Positions 1-19,500 of a DNA stretch of 64,000 nt are shown here, piece by piece (the first letter of the stretch is position 1; every line of letters begins with the position of its first letter). Location of the stretch: the NCBI GenBank assembly GCA_009914755.4, contig CP086569.2:8128001-8192000 (forward strand), written 5' to 3'. A program made the position numbers and the translations under genes. Origin of the DNA: the human T2T-CHM13v2.0 reference genome, Homo sapiens. Below the pieces are notes generated by a model. It did not search any database. It was not told the origin of the DNA and was given only the letters and a program-made list of their open reading frames with translations.

Positions 1-2270
<2,270 letters not shown>

Positions 2271-2592
2271 AATATATGTCTGTGTTGCATTCTATTTCAT
2301 TACTTTTGGTATTCTACCTTTATACCAGTATCAAAGTGCTTTGATTACTGTAGTACTTTGTGTGTGTTTGAAATTTGTTATGTGTAATGCTTCTAATATT
2401 TTTCTGCTTTTTAAAGCTTGTTGTGGTCTCAAGGTCTTATGTAATTTTGTGATTATTTTTCTATTATTGGAAAATTCAAATTTAAAATTTAAAACGGGTG
2501 TGTTTTATATGTGGGTTACACTAAGCAGCATGGACACATCATAATATTATATCTTCAAACCCTTAAAAGGAACATGCTCAAAATATGTTGTT

Positions 2593-2728
2593 GGCCAGGC
2601 ATGATGGCTCATGCCAGTAATCTCAGTACTTTGGGATGCTGAGGAGGGTGCATGCAGAGGTCAGGATGCTGAGGCCATCCTGGACAACCTGAAGAAACCA
2701 CGTCTCTACTAAAAAATAAAAAAAAAAT
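2593..2728 (+). mobile_element. Free left Alu monomer / truncated Alu with A-tail
   Basis: 'ggccaggcatgatggctcatgccagtaatctcagtactttgggatgctgagg…' runs ~135 bp and then into an A-rich tail. Confidence 0.7.
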
Positions 2729-3523
2729 TGTAATTTATGGTTGTTTGTGTGACCATATTGCAGGATCTTGCCAGCAGCCCACAATGCAATGGGGCTCTCT
2801 CTTTGTTCCCAGGCAGATCAGCAGGTTGAGAAATAATAGACACACACAAGGTAGTGAAAGCTGGGTCCAGGGGGGTCACTGCCTTCTGGTCCCACGGTGT
2901 AAACAATGCACTGGATATACCAGCATTTATTATTAAGTTTAGTGAGGGTGGGGGTAGGTTAGTGAGGGATTTAGGGTCATTTGATTATGAGGTGAGATGG
3001 TCGCATGGGGATGAAGTAATTCTTTAACATAACATCTGTATGCAGGAGTACAGTATACAGAGATAAGAATTTACAATATAGTGTGTGCATCAGTAATTTA
3101 TAACAGAGCCTTAAAACAGAAACACAGTCTTTCCATAACCTGTGATTAGCAAAATATTAATCAGCAGTAACAGTTGCAGCAAAAGCTGGTTATAAACAAT
3201 CCATAGAAACAGGATGTGAAGCTAGACAACTGGTTAGACCAGAAATTCTCAGAAGGGAGTATACCTTAACCCTAAAGAGGCCTAGAAGAGCCATGGCAAG
3301 ATGTGGGCATTGGTAGCCCTATCTTATCCATATAGACAAGCATCCCCCATGTATCCATTTATAGGCTCTCCACAAGGGTCGCATTCCATTCCCAGAGGTA
3401 TGAACATCTGCTTTTGCATGCAATTTTGTATTTACAATAATCAGGAGTATTTCATCTTTTATTCTGTAGCAATAGTTTCAGGGAGTCTTCCTACATGACT
3501 GTATTCTCAGCTACTCAGGAATC

Positions 3524-3696
3524 ATGGCGGTTTGTGCACCTATATTCCCAGCTACTAGAAAGGGTGAGTCCACGGAATCGCTTGAACCCAGGAGTTGGAG
3601 GTTGCAGTTAGCCATCACTGTGACACTGCACTCCAGCCTAGGGACAGAGCAATACCCCATCTCAGAAAGAAAGAAACAAACAACAACAACAAAACT
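3524..3696 (+). mobile_element. Alu right-arm fragment
   Basis: 'ggcggtttgtgcacctatattcccagctactag…gcttgaacccaggagttggaggttgcagt…cactgcactccagcctagg' followed by an A/CAA-rich tail. Confidence 0.75.
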
Positions 3697-3837
3697 TTTT
3701 TTTCTGTTACCAATTTCTAGTTTTATTCCTTTGGGCTATAAATAATTGAAAATTTTAACTTAAAAAATGTTAAGTCTTCTTTTGTGGTGTCACACGTGGT
3801 CCATCTAGGAAAATATTTTGTTAGCTATTGAAAATAA

Positions 3838-6700
<2,863 letters not shown>

Positions 6701-9700
6701 TGATTGTGGCATAAGCTGTTTTCATCCAATAGGTCTTGTTCCTGGGAGAAGGTTATTATTATTAATTTTTGTTGTGGGGTCGGGGGACAATGCTTAGCTC
6801 ACAACTCAGAGGTTACATACTCAGGGGGACTTGTATTGAGCCCCAATTGTCTTCCCTGTCTCCTTGATATTTGGAGTCTGCCACTTTGTGGGACTACATT
6901 GCCACAGCCGTAGCAGAGTGCTAGTTGATATGAAGTTTCTGCATGTCTTTGATTATTCACCTCAGTAGAAGGAGCAAAGTAGCTGGGATGGGAATAGGTG
7001 TTTCTGATGGAGACTGTGTGTGCTCTTGCACTAAAGGTGGTGTTAGCATGTGTCAGGTTGCTGGGTAATGAAGTTTTGAAGCCTTCTTTTTGCCCCCCAA
7101 AAAAGAAATGGTTGTTCATAGTGTGGGAGGATATGCTGTTCTCTGCACAGTGTTACCACAAAGGTAGTGGTGAGGCTTTTTGGCTCTAGGCCCACCAAAG
7201 CTTTATCTACAGTGGCAGTTGCTGTGGTGGCAGGTGCATACTGCATTTCCATTTGATGGTGGGCCAAGCAAAGCCAAATCTGCCTTTGAAGGCATGAGCC
7301 AGCAAACTAATATGAGAAGTTGCCATGTTTTGGGGGGAAGCTGCAGTGTGGGAAAGAAACATGTGGGCTGGTGCAGTCATAGAGGCTGCCTAGCTGGAGT
7401 TCTTCATGGGTCATGTGTGACTAACCAGTGTAGATGGTATAGTATGGGATCCCAGTGTGCCTGAGTCTGCCCTGTAAGGATCTGACTGCCAGACTGGGTG
7501 CCTGGGAGAGGTCAGCAAACCAAGGAGTGCTAAGCTAGACAAGCTTCTTCTGATTTGCAAAGCTGTAGTAGTTAGGTCCAACAGTTCCCTAGGGCTAAAG
7601 TCTCTCATGGGAAAAGTTGATCCCAGAGAAATGGCCTTCACTGGCCACACTACTACAGATGTTCTTGCACCAAATCCTCTGATCACCACATGAGCTGGCT
7701 TGCTTCCCTATCTCTTTGCTTGTTTTCTGAAGGCTGCATCTCAGAGAGATGTACATCAGCAATCCCTCAGTGCAGTCAGCTCATGATGGAGAATCTGTAA
7801 TTTTGGTGATCTTAGGGGTCCATTGTCTGGTGAGGAGCAGTGTGTAGTTTGTGGGACCCATGGTGAATGCACTGGCCTCCTGTCCTTGGGTAAACTGCAG
7901 CTTGTTTGATGTTTGAATAAGGCACTTAGGGTTTTGGATTTTTCATTAGTCTGAGGGTAGCTAGGACAGTTCTACTGCAGAGGCAATGGCAGAAATATCT
8001 TCAGTTTCCATTGGAGGCTCTCTCCAGGGAGTTGCTAATTTGCTACTCTTTCAACAGCTCTGGCAGTGATTGTCTAGTAGTCCAGGCTTGGAGAACTTGC
8101 CCAGTGAGAATATACAAGAACAGGTACTCACATAACAGTCTGGCCACTTTTCTGAAGGGCTGCTTCAGTATTCTAGGTGTCCACTGAAGTTTCTATTCAC
8201 CTCAGATTTTCCAGTACCTGAAGTTATCACCAGTGAATGCTGTCAGACTAAACAATTGCATCGTGCCCTTTTTCTCTGGGAGCTCAATCTCAGGGAGGTA
8301 TAGACCTCTTTCCAGCCCAATAGCACTTGTGGAAGGTAGCTGGAATCCCTTGTTGAAATTCCTTACTCAGCAACGAGAACATAACTGGGGAGCCACTTAA
8401 GAACGCACTCTAGTTACATTTTTGTAGTACATCTCTGCTGAGCAGAGGTACTACTTCCATCTCCAGTTTATTTGGATTATCCAAATCCAGAAGACTGGAA
8501 CAACTAAGTCACACACATAGGAAAAATTGCTGCTCACTCTTCCCTCTAGCAATTATATCCCAAAGAGTTTTTAAAATTCCATTGACCAAAAAGCACCAGT
8601 GGTGACAGCTGGACACTCTGGTTAGGAAGTCCTTTCCAGTGACAGAAAATGAGATGGTAACCTGATTTAACAGGCAGTCTGGCCATGTCTTCTTAGAACA
8701 CCTGTATTGTGCTAGGAAATTCTTTCTGCCCCCAGTTGGCTTGAGCTCTTCAAAGCCAGAAGGCTGGAATGGGTAACTTGCCTAAGGAGCTAAGGTGGTG
8801 TCCCACTCGACTTTCTGGAGTTTCATTCCAGGGAGGTGCAGTGCTGCTACCAATGGATGACAAGAATGCTAAGCCAGTAGGTCTTACCCTGTGAGGCACT
8901 GTGGACATGGGTCCTAGAGACCATCACTGCTCAGCTTCCTGGATTCTGCCTCTTTTATATGGTTACTTACAGAAATGTACCTTACTGCTTCGTTGGAGTT
9001 GCAAGTATTTTTTCTGGGAAACCTAGAAAGCCTGAATACCTAAAGCTCCTGAATCTTTGTACCGGCCTCAGCAGCTGATCTCCTGAGACTCCATTTAACT
9101 CTGTGTATTAAACTGAAGGCCTTGATGAAGTGGGTTCATGAAAAGATCTCATCTGATGGTTGCAAAGATCTGTGGGAGAATTGTGGTTTCCCAGGGTCAC
9201 ACATATACCCACTGCTTTACTGAGTGGGGAGGTTTACTTGGCTCCGTGTTGTTCCCAGGTGGCCCATTGTCCTGCCTTGCTTTATCCCATTCTTCATAAC
9301 TTATTTGATTGTTCCCAATCCAAGTACCTGGATGTTTCAGATGAAGGTGATGTATTTATTCACACCTTGCATTCTTCTCCATGAGAACTATACAGACTAG
9401 CTGCTTCTAGTCTTATAATAGGAACCTACTTCTTTATATTAAAATAATTTAATATTTTTTCAAAAGTAAATATTGATGTAATTTAACTCTTACATTTGTT
9501 GCTATGTCTTCATTTCTAGAATTTATGTAAAAGAACATAGACAATGGTCGCTTCACCAGAGTTATGAGAGCTTCTTCTATATTAGATGGACAGATTTATA
9601 TATTTTGCGATGGAACATTAAGAAAACTGAAATCTAAGATACATGAAGAATTTCTAAGTGAAAAGGCCAATTACTGGTTGGCTTATAACAGTATCATAGT

Positions 9701-10621
9701 GATAGGATAATAGGAGTGTGGTAAGTGATCAGGATAATATTATACATAGTAACTGCAACAATTTGAATTTTAGAGGAAAACTGCTTTACCATTTGTAAAT
9801 TAATGTAATTAAAATACAGTGAATTTCAAAATACCTTTTTAATGACAATGTGTAGATTTAATTTTTTCTAGTTAACCAAAATTGTTGTTATTAATGCTAT
9901 TTTACATTGAATGTATGTCTTGCCACTGATATTGACATATCCTATCTTACTCAAGTTTGTAGGTAACAGATGGTAACAATATACTATTGGGTGACAGTAA
10001 AATAAAATCTCTACTGATTCTTTTGTCAGTGGCCTTTAACTTAAAATAATTTAGAAAATATAGTTTTTATAATTTACATTCATGTTTTTCTTGTAACTAA
10101 AGGTTATTATAATGGTTTTAATGGAGATTATGAGTATAATGGAGCTACATTCTTCTGAATTCTGAACAACTATTTACAAAATTTTATCTTACTTTTTTCT
10201 GTTAAACATATGACTTCTCTGGTCTGCTGAACATGCAAAGATGTTTAGTTTTAATTTATATGAATTTAAATATAGGAGATACATTATTGTGAGATAAACT
10301 TTAGGTTTGCAACAGATCTATAGCAAGGAATCATAGTTATTTATGGCTGTGTACCTATTTTGAGAAGCAAATAAAATATTAGAATGAAACGGATAATTTT
10401 ACAAGTGTTGATAACTTACCATCAAATAAGAAACTTCAAAGATTTTGAAAGCAAATCTATTTTCTCAGCTTTGTATCAAACTTATTTATTTAAAATATTA
10501 CTGCTCCTGGCTTAGAATCATTTTGTGGAAATTCTGCTTTATTTGTTTCTTTGTTTGCCTGTTGCTAATTGTAGACAAAATATATAATAATCTTTTCAGA
10601 AAATTTCATAAAACATTCTTT

Positions 10622-10848
10622 GGTTCAGATGTGGTGGCTCACATCTGAAATCTCAGCACTTTGGAAGCCTGAGGCAGGTGGATCACCAGAAACCAGGGAT
10701 TTGAGACCAGACAGGCCAACATACTGAAACCCACCTCTACTACAAATCCAAAAATTATCTGGGCTTTGTGGTGGGAGCCTGTAATCCCAGCTACTTGGGA
10801 GGCTGAGGCAGGAGAATCATTTGAAACCTGGAGGGGGAGGTTGCAATG
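10622..10848 (+). mobile_element. Alu, 3'-truncated (no A-tail)
   Basis: 'ggttcagatgtggtggctcacatctgaaatctcagcactttggaagcctgaggcaggtggatcacc…gggaggctgaggcaggagaatcatttgaaacctggagggggaggttgcaatg'. Confidence 0.85.
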
Positions 10849-13800
10849 TACCTTCAGTTCTGGGTAGATTTGGGACATTTGAGTGATATATAAACAGTGG
10901 TTATGTTGCATCAAGTTCTATGAAAACACAACTTCTGCAAGTAGTAAAACCCAATAAGATTAGAAATATTTTTTCAGATATTGAAAGACAAAGAACAAGT
11001 AAATAATCTTTTGAGTTTCGGTGGTTAATGCAGTCAGTAAATTTAATCTCATTTCTATAATCTTTAAATTTTACTACTGAAGACCACAATAGACTTTTTT
11101 CTCCTAAATTTTTGCAACTATGTAAGCATGTTCATAATGTCACTTCCATAAATAATATGAATATCAATTGGCAGGTGTATTAATTGCTAAAATAAAATAT
11201 TTGAGAATTGTATTACTTACCATGTACAATAAAATGTTTTTAAGTTGCCTAATTAAAAAATCTGTCAACTGAATTACATGTCTAGGCAATTTTTTAAATT
11301 GAGAATAAGATGTAAAATAATTTATACAAGTAACATAAACTAAGTTTATGGAAATTGTTTACTCATTTAAGAAATCATATTACATTTTAAATAAATTGCT
11401 ATGACCTGTTAATATTTGTGTAGCATATTATTTTATTTAAATTTTGCTTCTAAAACAAGTAACAATTTAAACAAAGAAGGAAACAACAATTCAATGATTG
11501 GCCTGAAAATAAATTTCAGGAAAATAAAAGGTTTGTATGATGACTTAATTAAAATAATGTGAAGAGTAAAAATCTTAATATATGTTTTTGTACATTTTTA
11601 AGCAAAAGTGACTCTGAGATAGAAATGGTCAGAAAATATTATAATTATATTTTTTATACTCTCTTGCTGACTTTTGCACTTAGAAAACCTCCAAAACAGA
11701 CCCAGGATTCCCTAGACATTTCTTCCAGGAGAACAACCAATGGAAATGAAGCAGAAGGCCATATTCACAAAGACAAATTGATGCTCACCTCCTAGATGCC
11801 AGTGGGTGCAGGTTGCTGAAAGAGTTGTACAGTCTTGGAGGTCCAGCAAGGGGCTCTGTGCATCAACCTAGAAAAAGAGCCTGGAAATCCACTGAGATCT
11901 CCTGCCTGCAGAGGTCTCAGAAAGCCCTGAGGGAGGCCAGCCTAGGTGTTCTGACCTGTTCCTGTCCGTTGAGTCCTGCCTCACCTGATAGTTTTTCCAC
12001 AAATAAATCAGGATGGCACCCACCAATGCCACCCCACTAGAGGAAGGAGATGAAGTGTGTCAAGGCACACACCCAGTTTGAAACATTAAGTGAATTATTG
12101 ATTAATTAGTCAATAAGTTAGAGCAGAATGTGCCACTGTGACCCCCTGAAATCACATTTTAGGAGGAAATCTGGGTGGCACCTGACTGACACTTTGTATT
12201 GGAGGTAGGATCAACAGGCTACCTGGGTTTCAGTGAGCATGTGCTCCTAGCCAACACGGGGAGACATGGGCTTGGCAAGAGCCGGCAATATGGATGACAT
12301 ACAGCACACATGCTGAGCTGTCAGGTGGGCACTAATGGGTAGGCATGAGGGTTCCCTGAGTAGGAGAAACCTCTCAGGGCTCTGAACTCAGCCCAGAGAT
12401 CCCCCAGGCTTTTGAAGCACAGGATGTACCTGGAGCTGGAGGGTGGGCACTTTGCAGTGGCTTGGTAAAAGTGGGGTGAGCAGCCTGTCACTGAGGGGCT
12501 TTCATTGCCAATTTTTCTAATGAGCAAATTGAGCCCCTAAAGCTATAATCCAGGAGGGGCAAAAGCAAGTGTCTGAGGCATCAGTTTTTTTCTTTACTGG
12601 CTCCCTTAAGCCTCAGACTTCCCTGGGCTTGCTTGAATCCTCTCTGGGCTTGCCTTGAGAAAAAGGATTCTTATTCCTTGTGAATGTAGGCAGAGAAGCA
12701 ACTGGTCATTTGTAGTAGGCCCAATCACAGCTTCTTTTGCGGGCTGACCTGGGCCTCTACATTTCACTGGACTGTGAAACTGGAATTCCAGAGTCCAGAA
12801 TTCACATTTTGTTCTAGAACCAAAGAATTAAGTGCCAAGACCAGATCAGTCAGGGAGATCCTTACCCAGGGGCACTACAGGGATTATAGACACACATATG
12901 TAAATATAGAGGTGTGGAGTGGGAAATAAGGGTTCTCACAGCCTTCAGAGCTGAGAGTCTCGAACAGAGATTTACTCACGTATTATTAACAGCAAGCCAG
13001 TGATAAGCATTGTTTCTATAGATTATAGATTAACTAAAAGTATTCCTTATGGGAAACAAAGGGATGGGCTGCAATGAAGGAATGTGTTTAGCTAGCTATC
13101 TGCAACAGGAGCATGTCCTTAAGGCACGGATCCTCATGCTATTGTTTGTGGTTTAAGAATGACTTTAAGTGGTTTTCCACCCTGGGTGGGCCAGGTGTTC
13201 CTTGCCCTCATTCTGGTAAACCCACAACCTTCCGGTGTGGGCGTAATGGCCAATATGAACATGTCACAGTGCTGCAGAGATTTTGTTTATGGCCAGTTTT
13301 GGGACCAGTTTATGGTCAGATTTTGGGGGGGCCTCTTCCCAGAATTTAAGCATCCAGGCCAGAGCAGAAATGGGCCTGTTAATTCCATGGCACAAGGACG
13401 AAATCAGAGAACTGGCTTGACTGTTCAGCTACATCCAGGCCGGGTTTGTACTGTTTCAAGCAGGTCCCATTCTCTTCCTGCCTTCCATTAGCTCACCTGC
13501 AACTTGTCATCTGTACCAGACCTTTCTCTACCTGCCATATCCTATAATTTTTGAAATCCCTTCATGACTGCATGAGCCAAGCATCAAGGGTCAGAGAGCT
13601 CTAGCCTACTCAGGCTGTGCCAGGAATGGAAATCTCAAAAATTACCTCGACAATTAAGAATCATGTATAAATAGTACCAACTCTAGGAGGGGGGCTGTCA
13701 CATACTTAGATTCTTTTCTGGTCTCCACAACAAAAGATATGTTAGAAGGAGAAGGATAATAAGACACAACTCTGGCAGTTCTCTCTTTTAAAAGGCAACC

Positions 13801-14242
13801 TCAGCCTGGTCATTCTGGACCACAATTCTAAGGTTTGTTTCAGCATGTCCCACCTTGTAAAATAGTGTAACTGGGGCCCAGAATGTCATGGTCAAATGAG
13901 AAGCTGGAGAAGGAGCACCTTAGCAGCCTGAACACACCCATAACAGGAACAGACCCTACCAACTAAGAAGCCATCTTATTAACTTAGATATCCACACCAT
14001 CAATGTGCACACACAAGAGTCCTCTTAGATAAAATCCTGTCAACCCAGTGATTAAAAAAAAAAAAAAGCAAAAAAAGAATTTGAATCTAGAGTTTCAGGA
14101 AGAAGAATCTCTGTTGCCTGAAGCATACTGTATGATGGATGCAACTGACCATGTTAACTTTACTTGGAAATAACTGGTGACTAACCCTACATTAAAAGGG
14201 CTTCTGAGTGTTAAAACTTCCAAGTGAGAAAAATTGAGTTGT

Positions 14243-14505
14243 GGCCTGGCTGGGCACCGTGACTAATGCCTGTAACCCCAGAACTTACATAGTCTGAGCC
14301 AGGTGTATCACCAGAGGTCAGGAGTTCAATATCAGCCTGATCAACATGGAGAAACTTTCTACCTACTAAAAATAGAAAATTAGCCAGGCATGGTGGCACT
14401 TGCCTGTAATCCCAACTACATGGGAGGCTGAGGCAGGAGAAGATCATGCCATTGCACTCCAGTCTGGTCAATAGGAGTGAGGTTTTTGTCTCAAAGAAAA
14501 ACAAA
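14243..14505 (+). mobile_element. Alu with short internal deletion and degenerate A-rich tail
   Basis: 'ggcctggctgggcaccgtgactaatgcctgtaaccccaga…ttagccaggcatggtggcacttgcctgtaatcccaactacatgggaggctgaggcaggag…ccattgcactccagtctgg'. Confidence 0.85.
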
Positions 14506-16569
14506 TAGTAGTGGCCAACCAGGAAATTATTATTTATCTTTGATGAACATCTGAGCCCCTGGTGTGTCGTATTCTGTGGCATGGAACACAGGCCACACAG
14601 GAGATTGAAACCCTTTTTTTGTTGTTAAATAAAGGCTGACAGGTGAAAGATTGTTCCGAAAAAATGTGCTAAATAAAAATACTATACAAACTGCAGGATT
14701 TTTGAAAGTGGGTGTAGTTATCCTACTAAGCCCACTGACACTGGACTTTCTCTCTTTTATGTAAGCCCCCAGTAAAACACCATATCTCATTCACTGGTTC
14801 TGAGTCTATTCTTTGACATCTTGAACTTGGTGCCATTTACACGGGAGTTGAATTTGACACAAATTACCCCATATTGAGGAAGGATTTCAGTCTCTGCTCA
14901 ATGTGCTTCAAAGCTCACCAAGGTATCAGCTTGGTGATAGAAGGATGCGGTTGTTCCCTTTATCACTGTGATTCAAGCCTCTTTTTTCAGATGAACCTTC
15001 AGTGGAATACCAAGAAAGATGAACATGAAGCACACCATACTCAGAAGCAACATTGATGCCAGAACAGGCAGTGACCAATTTCAAAGCAAAAGAGAGAATT
15101 TTCCTTCCTTTGTGAGCAACTTTCAACTTCTCTCATCACTTTCTGGCTTCAGTAATGGTTTCATCCTGGGTCTGGAGGAACCATAGGTCCTGGGTAGTAA
15201 AAACCTTCACTTTATCCTGCTGCAAAAAATCTTTCTTTTGACAAATATGTCCTCTATGATCATGAGCTTCTAAGCAATCTGGACAAAGCACAACCTAAAA
15301 CACCTATGAAAGAGAGATAAATAGGTGTTAGGGAAACAATCTCCCACTTTTTTCCTTGTCAAATTCAAACAACTTTGATGGTAGACAAATGTTCAGAAGA
15401 GGACAGCATAGTATAACTCCTCATCATGAGAGTTTGTAACCAAAGTTTTCAATCCTAACTGTGAGAGCTCCAAATAAAAACCAGAAGTTACTTCACTGTG
15501 CATCTATCAATGTCTCAGTGAACCACATTTTATTTGTAACACTGAGGAGCCTTCACTGAGGATCTATTTTTCAAATTCTGGAGAACCCCTGCAGAGAAAG
15601 ACAAACATGATCCAAATTGTGTACACAGGAGTACACCTTACTCACATATTAAAGGCTGTAAATGTCTCAAGATGTTTCCTTGACTCTGGTAAACTATACA
15701 AGTAGTAGTAATGTTTCAAGCTAAAGTCAGAAAGATTACTTCAGTTTTCTGTTAGTCCAGTCCATTCAGTTAACTCTTCTTTTGTTTGATATTCATGAAT
15801 ATTTTAGCTCTTTAAGAGTCCTCTAAGTTTTTCTTGTATTCCAATGTAACAAGCTCCAAAGTTATCACAAACCTGCAATTGAGAGCATTTTTCAAAGATC
15901 TGTAGCTGATTGAAAATGCTTTATAAAAAACATCAAAACAGGACAACATTTATCTGTGTATAACAAAATGTCCAGGGTAGTTACAGTCAGAAACATGGCA
16001 AAAATTTTCGTTATTTCTATGGTTTACAACAACTTAACATAACAAACTTAAGTAGGGATTATAGCATATACTTCAGACACTAGAATTTTAGAAATCTCAC
16101 TAAATTTTGGAACGTGTATTAGTATTAGTCACCAAAATATAATCTAAATAATATTAAACGCCATTTTGGCAATCCCATGTAATTAATCCTGTCATATAAT
16201 CCTGTTTATCTCTCTTGTGGATATACCAGGGACCCTCTGTAGCATCTAAAATCCAGAAATTAAGAAAGATAATTTTGTAGATAAAGTTTAACCAAAATGG
16301 TGGCTTAGAAATGTAAAAAGCAAAAAACTTCTTATAATTCTTTATGAATTTTGGCAAAGAACAGATTAGCGCCTTAGCAGTAACTTGTTGAGCTTTTATT
16401 TCAATGCCCAATTTACAAGCATCTCACAGGCATGATAATGACTGCCAAATGTGGACCTCACAAATTGAAGTAATTTTGACTTTTATAACTTGCTGTTGAA
16501 ATATGAGTGATTAAATGTATTTCTGGTAATAAAAAATGTCAAAGAAGATTTTAACAGCCTCAAGTATTT

Positions 16570-19500
16570 TACAATGTACTCAGCTTCTACAGAGTTTTAT
16601 GACATAACCTATCAGGAAGGTGAAGTTGTGAGTATCATATGCACTCCCAGCTGACAGTGTAAGGAATGTCACTATCTTAAACATATGAAGACAACTGTCA
16701 CTCATAAGAACAAGTAATATGTGGTATTGCAAATCTTATCCTGGGAATTTTCTTCCTGTGTTCTTGTGATTTAAATTTTTTTGAAGCACCTGTGTGATTT
16801 GACACTCTAGTCTGGTTTCAGCCCACATATGTTATTATGGTATCTACCTGGGTCAACCTCTAGGTGATGTAACTCTCCTGCCTGGGCCCTGCTGTCAGTA
16901 AAAATCATGTCAATTCACTACGTTCAAGCACCCAGGTCATGTTGCATTTTTGACTAAGCCATGCCCACAGAAATTATTGTGACATATCACTGTGTCAGCC
17001 ACTTAGGTGATGTAACTCTCCTCATTAGATTGGGCTGTGCACAGATGATGGAACTCCTTTGCTAGGACCTTGTCCTAAAGAGGACATTGTGACAAATCTC
17101 TTGGCCTGTCCCCTAGGTGATGTAAATCCCTGCTTGAGTCCTGCCCACATGGAGTATTGTGACATAAGTGTGAAACCTGTAACTATTTGTTGTAACTCTC
17201 TTAACTGGATTTTGTCCTAAGGGAGCATTGTGACATATCTCAGGAACCAGCATAAAGGTGATGTGTCTCTTCTGCCTGACTTCAACTCACATGTTAGACT
17301 GTGTTATATACCTAGGGAAGCACCTAGGTGATATGACTCTTCTGCCTCAGCCTTGCCTACTTGGGACATTGGGCCATATGTCTGAGCCTGTGTCCTAAGT
17401 GTTGTGTCTCTTTTCTTCTGCCTGAGCCCTTACAATACAATGATGTGACATATTACTAAGCCCAATACTTAGATAAAATGACTCTTTTTTTCCCTGAACC
17501 ATGCCAATGAAAATAAATTTTGAGGTATTGCAGGGTACAGCACCCAGGTGATGTCACTTTTCTACCTGGGTCCTGAAGAAAGAGATAATTATGGCACATT
17601 GCTGGTCCCCTCACTCTGATGATGTAACTTTCCTGCTTGTACCAGAGCAACTGAAAGTATTTTTATATATATTGGGCCCATCCTGTAGGTGTTTTTACTC
17701 TCTTCATTTGTTTGGGCTTGTTTTTCCACATTTGGTATCATGTCATATTGCTAGGTCCAGCCTTCCAGCTCCCAGTTAATGTAACCCTCATTTCTAAACC
17801 CTGCCTAGATAGGGTATTATGACATATTGCTGGCCACAGCACCTAAGTTGTGCTACCCTTCCACCAAGTTTTTTTCTAAAACTGAGATTATAATATTTAC
17901 ATTGCTTCAAGTCAGTGGCATGATGATCAAACATAATTGGCATTCCACCAATAGCTATGTTTTATCTTTCATCGCTACACTTAGAACAATAATTATGGTT
18001 ATGAGTTGCATATTTGTACTAAGACCACAGAAGGTTACAACGCTATCTCACATTCTATCAAACTGGGTGGTTCACAGAGTTTTATAGAGCCCAGCAAAAG
18101 ATTAAAATCATGACCCTTGATTACAAATGCAGGTGAGAGCAAGTTTTTAGCATCTCATATTTACAAAGCCCACTATAGAATTTCTGACTCTAAAAAGTGA
18201 ACAAGGTATAACGATGGAATTGTGACTTTTATATGTAGATCTTGCAGCATATGAGATGGTGACTCATTTCTGGACTCAGATCAGAGGCATAATAATGGGT
18301 TTCCTGTCTGAATCCAGCCTGAAAGAGAGCTGTTGATTATCATAACAGGGTTTATATCAATCTGTATGTTTTCAGTCAAATAAGCATGTATGCTTCAGAG
18401 CGGTTTGTACCTCTAAGGTATTTTGCATAAAGCCTTCAGATGTTGTAGAGTGTCTCATAAGATGACCTAGAACACATGTGAGATTGTGAGACTTATACAT
18501 ACCAAAGTAACAGTTAAAGCTGTCATCTAAAAGATGAAGTAATTATATCTTATCACAAAGCCTAACACCCTAGTGCTGAGACTCTTGGCTTAGATTCTTT
18601 CCCATGGGTGATTTGTGAAATACTGCTGGGTTATAATCATAAAAAGGTGACTCTTCTGCATGGATCCAGCCAAAGGGGATATTATCACATATCTCTGGGC
18701 CTATCGGCTAGGTGATGTGTCTCTCCCCTCACAGTGTCCTCTCACAGGGGACACTGTGATATTTCCCTGGATATAACATCTAGATAATGTGACTTTCCTC
18801 TCCTGCCTGGATCTCACCTAATGAAGAAACTGTGACATACCACTGAGTGCAAAACTAGGTGGTGTGACTCTCCTCTTTGTGCTGGAATCTGCCTAAGAAT
18901 AAATTATAACATATTGCTGAGCCCAGCACCTAGGGAATGGGACTACCCACTATTTTTTCAACCCTGTATACGGTTGTCAAGATGATACGTTATTTGAGAT
19001 TGTGCACAGGTGATATGACTCTTTAGACTGGATCCTGCCTAAACAGAAAATATAATGTATTTCTGACTCAGGACACAGACGATGTGACTTTTCTTTCTTG
19101 TCTCTGTCCAAAGAGGAAATTCTAACATACACCTGGATTCAGCTGATATGCACAATAATAACTCTAATGCATAGACACTGCCAAGGGGGACACTTTGACT
19201 CTCATAGCCAGTTTATAGCCATGACTAAAGTCCTAGATCTGCCCCCGTGAGAATTCAGACAAAAGTATCCTAGTCAGGTGTATCATATAAAGCTGCATGG
19301 TACAAAGAGTGTCCTAACAGGCACCAGCAACCAAGTGTTATGCACATCCAGCTGACACAGTTGTCATTTTCACACATGAACAGAGCCTATGAATGAGTTC
19401 CAAAATCTCACACGCATAAGCAGTCAAAGCTTGAAATTGTTACTGTCATACATGAATCTGATCCACAGACGGTTTGGTAACATTTAAACTGTGATTTTCC